DNA of 64,000 nt from Thermoplasmata archaeon (GTDB taxonomy: Archaea; Thermoplasmatota; Thermoplasmata; Lutacidiplasmatales; UBA184). The stretch is taken from contig DATJRX010000005.1 of assembly GCA_035504395.1 (NCBI GenBank), positions 3,334 to 67,333 of the forward strand, in the 5' to 3' direction. The translations under genes were made by a program, and so were the position numbers. The notes under the pieces were generated by a model that had not been told where the DNA came from, searched no databases, and saw only the letters and a program-made list of their open reading frames with translations. This document shows, piece by piece, positions 18,248-25,736 of this stretch (the stretch's first letter is position 1; every line of letters starts with the position of its first letter).

Positions 18248-18676
18248 CTACGGGCCCACCGCGCGCTTCAGGAGGGCCGCGATCCTCACCTCGTCCGCCG
18301 GAGTGAGGCGCCGGATCGCGTAGGTGACCGGCCACATCTGTCCTTCGTCGAGCTTCGCCTCGTCGCTGAATCCCAAGGTGGCGTAGCGGACCTTGAACTT
18401 GGAGGCGGGCTGAAAGAAGCAGACGATCTCGTCATCCTTGGCATACGCGGGCATCCCGTACCACGTGCGCGACGACAGCGAGGGGACGGTCGACTTGATG
18501 AGGGCGTGGAGGCGCTCCCCGAGGGCTCGATCCGGGGGCGGCATTTCGGCGATCTTCTTGAGGACCTCGCGTTCCGCTTCGGCGCGCGAGGCGTTGGCCT
18601 TCAGCTCCTTCGCGCGCTCGCGCATCGCGGCGCGTTCCTCAGCCGTGAACCCCTGGGTCGACTTGCTTTCCGACAT
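18248..18676 (-). CDS. DUF1801 (YdhG-like) domain protein
   Basis: RTWYGMPAYAKDDEIVCFFQ...KVRYATLGF resembles YdhG/DUF1801-family proteins. Confidence 0.5.
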   Translation of the reverse strand: MSESKSTQGFTAEERAAMRERAKELKANASRAEAEREVLKKIAEMPPPDRALGERLHALIKSTVPSLSSRTWYGMPAYAKDDEIVCFFQPASKFKVRYATLGFSDEAKLDEGQMWPVTYAIRRLTPADEVRIAALLKRAVGP

Positions 18677-18895
18677 CGGCTCGTGCGCCCCGCTCGCGGA
18701 CGGAGGGAGCGCGGTCGGGGCGAGGGTCGACGGAATAGAAATCGTACGTCGTCCCGAACTCGGGGCTATCTGGGGGCGAGGGCGTGACGTGCACCGAGTC
18801 CGTTCGATAGTGGGTGGGCGCGCCCAGCGCGCGCACCTATCTCGAGGGGGCCGGATTCGCGGCCGTCGAGCGCTAAGTGACCGTGGAAGAAGGCT

Positions 18896-19327
18896 CTACG
18901 CGTGTGCCGGCGGTCGTCTCGGATCGTCGGCGGGCTGGACGTAGTCCGTCGAGGTCGGTCCCATGCTGTTGATCTGGATCGTATACCCTTCCGGCCCCGC
19001 GATCCGGAAGTGGGGCTGACGTGCCGGAACCACGAGAACGCTGCCCGGCGCGAAGACGGCTTGCCGGGAGAGATCGAGAGCGTCCGCGAAGCCGAATCGA
19101 AACTCTCCGGTGAGGACGGTATAGACCCGGTCCTCGGGATGGGAATGGGGCATCACGCGGTGTCCCGCCGGCGCCTCCACGCGGAACGTCAACGGGCCCT
19201 CCCCTGACATGTCTCCGACGAGCACGGCGAACCGAGCCCCGGGCGGAAGGGCCGGTTGCGGCTTCCACACAATGTCGCTCGGGCGGACGAAGAGCGGCGT
19301 CGGCATCGATGGGCCTGACCACGCCAC
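18896..19327 (-). CDS. cupin-domain protein
   Basis: Two-motif cupin pattern (HSHPEDRVYTVLTGEF ... PGSVLVVPARQPHF). Confidence 0.6.
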   Translation of the reverse strand: MAWSGPSMPTPLFVRPSDIVWKPQPALPPGARFAVLVGDMSGEGPLTFRVEAPAGHRVMPHSHPEDRVYTVLTGEFRFGFADALDLSRQAVFAPGSVLVVPARQPHFRIAGPEGYTIQINSMGPTSTDYVQPADDPRRPPAHA

Positions 19328-19426
19328 GAATGTCCGGTGAGATGATAGCGGTCGCGGCCGTTCCGGAGCCCGCCCCGACCGGTTCGGCCCCCAGCCTAAA
19401 GCCCTTCCTCGGTCCTCGACCGTCCG

Positions 19427-20497
19427 ATGATCTCGTCCCTGCCTCCCGCCCCCGTCGTCGCTCGGTCGGTTCGCGCCAGCTGGCCGGGGCCCCCGGTGCG
19501 TCGCTTGGTCGTGCGGGAGACGGGCTGGACCAACCTGGTCTTCGAGGCCGACCAGCGCTGGATCATACGGATCCCCCGGCGTCGCGCGGGCGCGGAGTCG
19601 TTGGACCGCGAACTCCGCGTGCTGGAGTTCCTATCGGATCGGCTGCGGGCCGGCATCCCTCGACCGCTCGTCGTCGGCACGCTCGACGCCCCCGACGGGT
19701 GGCCGTTCATGGTGTACGAGAGACTTCGGGGCCGCCCGATCGCGAACGTTCGCGCGATGGGGCGACGATCGCGGGAGCGGCTCGGGCTCTTTCTTGAGGA
19801 CCTTCTCACCGATCTCGCCGCCGTCCCCGTGGATCCGTTGCTGGCCCTCGGCGTCGATCCGGGGCGACCGGCCGACCTTGTGGCCTCCTTCCGGCGTCTT
19901 CGCTCGCGGTACCGTCGGCGCGCGCGCTCGCGGATGCCCCCGTCGGTTCGCTCCGGATTGGACCGAGCGTTTGAGGATCTGCTCTCGACCCTCGCTGTGT
20001 CTCGCTTCCAGCCCGTCGTCGCCCACAACGACCTCTGGCCGAACCACATCATCTGGGACGAGTCGCGCGATCGCGCGACCGGGGTCATTGACTGGGAAGA
20101 CACCCGGGTGGGTGACCCGGCGACCGATCTGGTCATGCTGTCCGATCTCGACCCGGATCTGTGGGACCGGCTGCGCGATCTTCGCCGTCGCGGCTCCGAC
20201 CGGCAGTTCGACGCTCGCCTCGGGCTCTACCGGAAGGTCCTTCCGATCCACGGCTACCTGTATGGTCTCGAATCCGGCGACGCGCGCCTTGCGGCCGACC
20301 ACTTGCATGCGCTCGCCTCCAGGCTGCGCGCGCCGACCCGGAGTCGGCACGGCGGTCGCCTTCGGGGAGGCGTCGGCTTGCCCGTCCGCGGTTCGCTTAG
20401 TTCGACCGAACGGGCGGCCCGCTCGAGCGGTCCGGCGCTGAGTCGAAGAAGCTCGACCCGCACACTCGACAGTACGCGGAGCCCGAACCCCACGTGA
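19427..20497 (+). CDS. aminoglycoside/choline-kinase-like phosphotransferase (APH family)
   Basis: Brenner/catalytic loop VVAHNDLWPNHIIWD and the D-x-E/GD activation segment GVIDWEDTRVGDPATDL. The C-terminal approximately 55 aa is low-complexity and may be read-through. Confidence 0.75.
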   Translation: MISSLPPAPVVARSVRASWPGPPVRRLVVRETGWTNLVFEADQRWIIRIPRRRAGAESLDRELRVLEFLSDRLRAGIPRPLVVGTLDAPDGWPFMVYERLRGRPIANVRAMGRRSRERLGLFLEDLLTDLAAVPVDPLLALGVDPGRPADLVASFRRLRSRYRRRARSRMPPSVRSGLDRAFEDLLSTLAVSRFQPVVAHNDLWPNHIIWDESRDRATGVIDWEDTRVGDPATDLVMLSDLDPDLWDRLRDLRRRGSDRQFDARLGLYRKVLPIHGYLYGLESGDARLAADHLHALASRLRAPTRSRHGGRLRGGVGLPVRGSLSSTERAARSSGPALSRRSSTRTLDSTRSPNPT

Positions 20498-20996
20498 TGA
20501 GTCCGCACCGAAGGCAGGTGGTGATGGAGGAATCCTCGACCTCGCCCGCCAGCCGCGACCCACAACCGCGACAGTAGCTGGATCCGGCTCCCACGGTGGT
20601 GGTCCCGCACTTCCCACAGGAGGTACTTCGACCGACGGGCGATGCGGGCGGGCGCCGGCCCGCGGCCGGGGGCCCGGTGGGAGCGCCTCGCGGGAAGGTG
20701 GACCCCCCGCCGCCCGTCGCTCCGCCCACGGAGCCGAACGCCGAGCCGGGGGGATCGGCGACCACGTTGAACCCGAGAGCGCCCAGGAGCCCGGGCATGG
20801 GAGCCCCCCCAAACTCCGCCACGGCCCGGTTCGCCCACCCCAGCGCGGCGCCGACGATCACGAGCCCGATCACGCCGAGCAGGATCACGAACGCGATCCC
20901 CGTTGGGCCGAGGGCGCCGAGCAGCGCGGCGCTCATGCCGGCCCAGACCACGACGAATCCGACCAGCAGGGTCAGTGCGTACCTCGAGTACCGCAT
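20397..20996 (-). CDS. membrane protein with C-terminal double zinc ribbon
   Basis: 199 aa. ATG confirmed at 20994-20996. Two TM helices, a Gly-rich linker, then two CxxC...CxxC ribbons (CGKCG...YCRGCG and CLRCG...YCRVCG). Confidence 0.6.
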   Translation of the reverse strand: MRYSRYALTLLVGFVVVWAGMSAALLGALGPTGIAFVILLGVIGLVIVGAALGWANRAVAEFGGAPMPGLLGALGFNVVADPPGSAFGSVGGATGGGGSTFPRGAPTGPPAAGRRPPASPVGRSTSCGKCGTTTVGAGSSYCRGCGSRLAGEVEDSSITTCLRCGLITWGSGSAYCRVCGSSFFDSAPDRSSGPPVRSN

Positions 20997-21075
20997 CGTG
21001 CCGTCCCCCCACGCGTCGGCGGCTCTTGGGCGTGTCGACCTCGCCGCGTCCGACCGCACCTGCCCCGGACGCGCG

Positions 21076-21747
21076 TCACGCAAGACCTCGAGCGCGCCGG
21101 CCCGCCCCGTCACCCGCGCGCTCCGGACCCCAGGTCCCCCGCGAGGGTCGGACGCTTGGGAGCGCCGAAACCGAGTCCCAGCTTCGGAGATCGCCGCGGA
21201 GGAGCCCGAAGAGGAGCATGTCCATCGTTCTTCCGCGCACCCGGACCGCGGCGCGCTCGCGTCCCTCGGGGACGAACCCCAGTCGGCGGAGCACGGCGAG
21301 GGAAGCTCGGTTCCCCTCGAGGGCCGAGGAGCCGATGCGTCGGAGGCGAAGGTGACGGAATGCCGCACGGCAGAGGTACCACGACGCCTCGGTCGCGTAG
21401 CCCTGGTTCCAGTACTTCGGGTCGATCCAGTACGAGAGGCTCTCGACCTTGCGCCATTTCCAGTCGAGGCCTCGGAGCCCGATCCGGCCAATGCATGCGC
21501 CGTCGTGCCGGAGAACGACCGAGAGCGATAGATGCTCGCCCGAGCGATACTCTCGGCGCGTGCGAGCGACCATCAGTCCGGGGTCCCGACGTTCGGCCGG
21601 AGAATGAAGCGAAGCCCCGACGGACCGGGCCGTTCGCGGATCTCGAAAGCTGCGCTTCAGCGCGGGCACATCGTCCGGGCGGGGAAGCCGCAGCAGCAGG
21701 CGGGGAGTTCGGATCGGAAGCGCGATCCGCTCGAGCGAGCCCGTCAC
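21076..21747 (-). CDS. GNAT-family N-acetyltransferase (RimJ/RimL-like)
   Basis: Acetyl-CoA motif A region RIGLRGLD...QGYATEA...LRRIGSSALEGNRASLAVLRRLGF. Confidence 0.75.
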   Translation of the reverse strand: MTGSLERIALPIRTPRLLLRLPRPDDVPALKRSFRDPRTARSVGASLHSPAERRDPGLMVARTRREYRSGEHLSLSVVLRHDGACIGRIGLRGLDWKWRKVESLSYWIDPKYWNQGYATEASWYLCRAAFRHLRLRRIGSSALEGNRASLAVLRRLGFVPEGRERAAVRVRGRTMDMLLFGLLRGDLRSWDSVSALPSVRPSRGTWGPERAGDGAGRRARGLA

Positions 21748-22051
21748 GGTCGAGTCTCGACCCGGACTTCGCTTTCAGAGATTCGCCGGTTCGGGGCGCC
21801 CGCCCGGGGCAGCACCTCGCTACCGGGGTCGTCGCGGCCGCCCGGTGCGCGACCCTCGTCGTACGACCCGCCCCGCCGAGTACTCTCCATCGTCCCGCGC
21901 GGCGAACGATCCAGGCGTACCGACCCCACATTCCGGCAGAGCTCCGGCGGGGATGGGTCTAACGGTGGCCCCGTACATCCTCGGGAGGGGACCCGACACC
22001 GGAACGCAACCCGTCTCGAGGCGGTCGCCTCTCCCCTCAGAGGGGACGAGC

Positions 22052-22471
22052 TCAGCGGTTCGAGCCGAAGACGATCATCAGGAGGCCGCCGAGCAGCGCG
22101 AGTCCGCCCAGTCCCTCCATGCCGTACAGCGCCCCGTTGGACTGGCCCCCGAACAGGAAGACGAATCCGGCAGCGACCGCTCCGAGCGAGGACAGGAACG
22201 TCACTCCGGAAGATACCTGGGCCGTCGCCTTCCGAGTGCGCCGGACCGAGAGCCCAAAGGCGTGACCGGTGATGGCAACCAGCAGCAGGCCCACGGCGAT
22301 GTGGATCCCGATCCAACTCCAGGGATATGGGGGTCCGATCACCGCGAGCTCGTTCCCGATCAGGATCTCCGCCAGAACCACGATCAGGATCACGAGCCCC
22401 CGGACTCGGAGGGACGGGTGCACCCCCGGCAACTCGGACACGGCTCCGGCGTTCGTAGGAGAACTCGCCAT
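22052..22471 (-). CDS. small integral membrane protein (4 predicted TM)
   Basis: 139 aa. ATG confirmed at 22469-22471. Four hydrophobic segments. A 7-bp-arm hairpin (22032-22046) lies 6 nt after the stop codon. Confidence 0.55.
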   Translation of the reverse strand: MASSPTNAGAVSELPGVHPSLRVRGLVILIVVLAEILIGNELAVIGPPYPWSWIGIHIAVGLLLVAITGHAFGLSVRRTRKATAQVSSGVTFLSSLGAVAAGFVFLFGGQSNGALYGMEGLGGLALLGGLLMIVFGSNR

Positions 22472-22596
22472 GGATCGTCGGCGCCTCCCTCCCTCGACTC
22501 GACTTGAGGTTAACTCTGTGCTCCGGGGGTGGCCGGCAAGCGGTGGGCCGTGTCGGCGCGCCGCCGACGCTAGCTCGAACAGAGGCGGAACGATCG

Positions 22597-22620
22597 GGGG
22601 ACCGGCGATCGCCGGTCCCC
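22597..22620. promoter_or_regulatory. perfect 24-bp palindrome GGGGACCGGCGATCGCCGGTCCCC in divergent intergenic region; candidate operator
   Basis: Read directly: the 12-nt left arm equals the reverse complement of the right arm, with no spacer. It lies between the start of 22052..22471 (-) and the small ORF at 22729 (+). Confidence 0.5.
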
Positions 22621-22728
22621 GGCTCCGCACAGGTTCCGCGATTGCCGAACCGGCTCCCGTTCCGGGCGAGACCGGCGAGACATCCCTTCATGATGGGCCT
22701 GGCCGGATGGGCCCATCGGTGACGCGGC

Positions 22729-22887
22729 ATGCTCGGTCGGGCGAACCGATGGAACACGCGGGGCGGGCTGCTGCTCGATCTCGTCCTCGCGGCCGGCACC
22801 GTCCTGATCGCCGCCTTCCTTCTCACCCTCCTCGGTCTGAGCTTCGCCGAACTTCTCTCGGGAGCCGGAAGGTTCTTCGGCCTATGA
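22729..22887 (+). CDS. small single-TM peptide (52 aa)
   Basis: Not in the ORF track (<60 aa). ATG at 22729 follows an in-frame TGA. A hydrophobic core (LLLDLVLAAGTVLIAAFLLTLLGLSFA) ends 17 nt before the next gene, which has a GGGGGGAGTGA SD. Confidence 0.3.
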   Translation: MLGRANRWNTRGGLLLDLVLAAGTVLIAAFLLTLLGLSFAELLSGAGRFFGL

Positions 22888-22904
22888 GGGGGGAGTGAGC
22901 CACG

Positions 22905-23321
22905 ATGTCGGGGTACGCGAACGCGCCCGTCGTTCCGGGTCTCCCCCTCGGGGTGGCGGTCCTGGCCGTGCTGACCGGTTTGGTCGGTGCGTTCCTGCTC
23001 TTCGGCGGGATCCTCGTCGTCGCGGTCGCGCTGTTCGGGATCGCTTCGCTGGGCTGGGCGAGCATGTTCGGGACCGGCCTTTTCGCGGGCCTGATCGTGC
23101 TGCTGGTCGGGGCGGTCATTCTGGCCGTCGCATCGGGGCTCTGGGACCAGGAGATGTGGGCGTACGTCCTCGCGGTGATCGTGACGGGGGCCGCCGCGCT
23201 CTGGTTCGTCGCCCGTCCGCTCTGGGACGGAGGCGGGCTGGCGTCGGTCGAGACGCTGCCCGCGCTCGTGTCCGGCGTGCTGTTCGTCTACCTGCTGGCG
23301 GTCAAGAACCACTTCTGGTGA
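22905..23321 (+). CDS. integral membrane protein (4 TM)
   Basis: 138 aa, four long hydrophobic helices, with an SD-like GGGGGGAG 8 nt upstream. Confidence 0.6.
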   Translation: MSGYANAPVVPGLPLGVAVLAVLTGLVGAFLLFGGILVVAVALFGIASLGWASMFGTGLFAGLIVLLVGAVILAVASGLWDQEMWAYVLAVIVTGAAALWFVARPLWDGGGLASVETLPALVSGVLFVYLLAVKNHFW

Positions 23322-23360
23322 GGGACCGAACCGGTCCCTCCTTCCCGCGTTCTCGATGGC

Positions 23361-23849
23361 TCACGTGGGACCCGTACCCGACGCTCGGCTCGGCCGTCGA
23401 CGGCCCCGAGGTCCGACCGGATCGAAGGGGAGGGTCAAGCCCGGAGAGAGTCGTCCGCGCCGTGGCTCGTCCGAGTCTTGCGTCCAGGGGCTCGAAGACT
23501 CTCTCGGGCGTCCCGAGCCTCTCCTCATCGGAGTCCACGCGTGCCGATCCATTCGAACCCGGCCTCCCTCGAACGTGACCCCTTCGATCCGGAGCCGCAA
23601 CCGTTGTTCTTGCGCTTCCGTTCCGGTCAGTGCGATCCGTCCGCCGGCGGCGACCACGCGCTGCCACGGAAGATCTGGGGCGGAGTAGAGAGCTCGGACC
23701 GTAAGGCGCGCCGCGCCCGGAACTCCGGCCAGGGCGGCCACCTGTCCGTAGGTCGCGACCTTGCCTCGCGGGATCGCTCGGATCACACGACGGAGCGACG
23801 CGAGCCGTCCGCCCGATCCGGTGCGTAGGGCGCGCGACGTCCGCCTCAT
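23361..23849 (-). CDS. alkyltransferase-like (ATL) protein: MGMT DNA-binding domain with Trp replacing the acceptor Cys
   Basis: ATYGQVAALAGVPGAARLTVRALYSAPDLPWQRVVAAGG aligns with the MGMT helix-turn-helix plus the PCHRV active site, but reads PWQRV. Start chosen at the internal M (MRRTSRAL...); the 5' extension to 24029 is low-complexity. Confidence 0.6.
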   Translation of the reverse strand: MRRTSRALRTGSGGRLASLRRVIRAIPRGKVATYGQVAALAGVPGAARLTVRALYSAPDLPWQRVVAAGGRIALTGTEAQEQRLRLRIEGVTFEGGRVRMDRHAWTPMRRGSGRPRESSSPWTQDSDEPRRGRLSPGLTLPFDPVGPRGRRRPSRASGTGPT

Positions 23850-23997
23850 CCGGTGGAGGAGCACGGCCGATCCCCACAGGGTCCCCGCTGGGTCGGAGTC
23901 GGCGGTCCGACCGATCGGCATGGCCCCGGTCCCGGACCGATCGGGGGCTCGATCGGATCGGCACGGCCCCCACGGCCTCCGGGGACCCGGCTCTGGC

Positions 23998-25512
23998 TCA
24001 TGAGCGCCCCCGAGCGGGGGGTCCCTCAAGTTCTCGAGCGTCCGGCGGCAAGACGCTCCCGAGACGTCCCCATGCGGCCCATGCCTGCAGCTCGGGCGGC
24101 AGAGGGCGATCCGGATCGGAATTCGACGCGGTCCGAGCCGTTCGGGGCGGGACCTTCGGCCCGCGGAACCGGAGGACCCCGACGACCGCCGCGACCGAAG
24201 CGCCGACGGCGAGGATGGCGAGGCTCGTGGGCAGCCAGAGGAGCGTGGTGAGCACCGAGTAGCTCCCGTGCTGCAGCTGGATCATGAAGCCCGGGAGCGG
24301 CTGAGCGATCAGGTTGTACGCTCCGTAGATCCGATCGGCGCCGGGGACATACGCCCCGGAGCCCTGACGGCCGTCCCCGTAGTCGAAGACGGTCGCCACG
24401 ATCGACAGCGTGGTGAGATTGAGCACGTCGAGCGCGAGGCTCGTCAAGAGGTACGCGTCCCCGTGCAGCGGGTCCACGAGCACTGCCTCGGCGTCGCCCG
24501 CCGCACACGCACCGGGGAGGCACGACGGCAGGGCGATGCGGGCCTCGACGGCGAGAGTGCTCGCGTCCAGGACCTCGACGAAGAACGGACCGCCGGTCGT
24601 AACGAGCACCTCGTTCGTCTGCGGAACATCGGTGATGCTCAGGATCGGCGCTCCGATCGGCACGAAGGATCGGTTCGCCCCGTCGGGCGCGCTGAGCGCG
24701 ACGAGGGAATATCCGCTAAACCTCGCGGAGATGTTCGGGAGGAGGAGCGCGTCGTTCGAGGGGTCGAACGCGAGCAAGTAGCCGTCGCCCGCATCCCCGC
24801 CGCCCGCGACCGCGGCCATCGGGGTGACCAGGACGCGCGTTACGTCGAGCGTGGTAAGGTCGACCTCGCCGAGCATCGGGGATCCGCTCGTGTTCCACCC
24901 CGCCGCGATCAAGGAGTCCGTCTGGGGGTCGAACGTCGTCGCCGAGATCCAGAACGGGAGCGCCACGGTCGCGACCAGCTCGTCCCCCGCCGCCCGCACC
25001 ACCAGGATCGACTGGTTCGAGCATGGAACGTAGACGTTGGGGCCCGATCCCGGGTAGAGCGGCAGTCCAGGGGTGCAGTTGAGGTCGAGTCGGCCGAGCG
25101 GCTGCAGCGACGTCGCATTGAACTCGGCCACCGCCGGCGCCTCGATTCCCGGCAGGGCCAGACCGCCCGTCCAATTGGTCTCGGTCAGCACGAGGGCATT
25201 GTCGGGCGCAACGTACGCGAGCCCCACCGGGTCCGTGCACGGCGAGTCCGGATCGGACGGAGCGCAGTAGGTCTCCCAGTACGGTGTCGCGGCTACCGTC
25301 TGCACGGAGGAGTACCCCGCGAGCCCGTGGGCGAGGCTGGCGGCGCCCCGAACGCTCGCTCCCGACCCCGACGTGGGTCCGAGGTGGGGCGCCGGCCCGA
25401 AGCTCGCCACGCCCGTCGGCAGTGCGAGCACGACGGCAAGCGCCACGACGCCCGCGAGAACCGAACGAGGACGGCGCCGACCCCGGGCGGCGGGATCCGA
25501 TCGCACGCCCAT
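23998..25512 (-). CDS. secreted surface protein with signal peptide, beta-propeller-like repeats and C-terminal TM anchor
   Basis: N-terminal RR...LAGVVALAVVLALP signal and a C-terminal TM (LLWLPTSLAILAVGASVAAVVGVL) followed by a basic stretch. More than 15 N-x-S/T sequons. Repeated LVxT/DP...YL units suggest YVTN/PQQ-like blades. Confidence 0.65.
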   Translation of the reverse strand: MGVRSDPAARGRRRPRSVLAGVVALAVVLALPTGVASFGPAPHLGPTSGSGASVRGAASLAHGLAGYSSVQTVAATPYWETYCAPSDPDSPCTDPVGLAYVAPDNALVLTETNWTGGLALPGIEAPAVAEFNATSLQPLGRLDLNCTPGLPLYPGSGPNVYVPCSNQSILVVRAAGDELVATVALPFWISATTFDPQTDSLIAAGWNTSGSPMLGEVDLTTLDVTRVLVTPMAAVAGGGDAGDGYLLAFDPSNDALLLPNISARFSGYSLVALSAPDGANRSFVPIGAPILSITDVPQTNEVLVTTGGPFFVEVLDASTLAVEARIALPSCLPGACAAGDAEAVLVDPLHGDAYLLTSLALDVLNLTTLSIVATVFDYGDGRQGSGAYVPGADRIYGAYNLIAQPLPGFMIQLQHGSYSVLTTLLWLPTSLAILAVGASVAAVVGVLRFRGPKVPPRTARTASNSDPDRPLPPELQAWAAWGRLGSVLPPDARELEGPPARGRS

Positions 25513-25736
25513 GGGGCTCCGACCGCCCCGAGGTCACCCCGCCGTAAAAGGCAGTGGGAGCACGCCGACCCTCGGCGGAGGTCGGCGGGTCCGCGGCGCC
25601 CGAGGGGTTTCGCTCTACGCCCCGGGCGCGTCCCATCCGAGGGTCGGCCCGCTACGGCCGAGCGAACCCCGACCCAACCCTCAAGACCCCCGGCCGACCT
25701 TGCAATGGTGAGGTCGCAGGGCCTCCGGGTTCTCCA

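Noticed and set aside
18677-18895. possible tRNA in intergenic region (GGGGCCGGATTCGCGGCCG resembles a T-arm)
   Set aside because: No acceptor stem or anticodon arm could be built and there is no GTTCGAATC/TTCRANYC consensus. No tRNA or rRNA was found anywhere in the window.
25554-25736. ATG start at 25554 for the beta-helix protein
   Set aside because: The upstream 61 codons are R/P/G-rich with no signal peptide. The in-frame GTG at 25737 immediately precedes a classic signal/TM segment.
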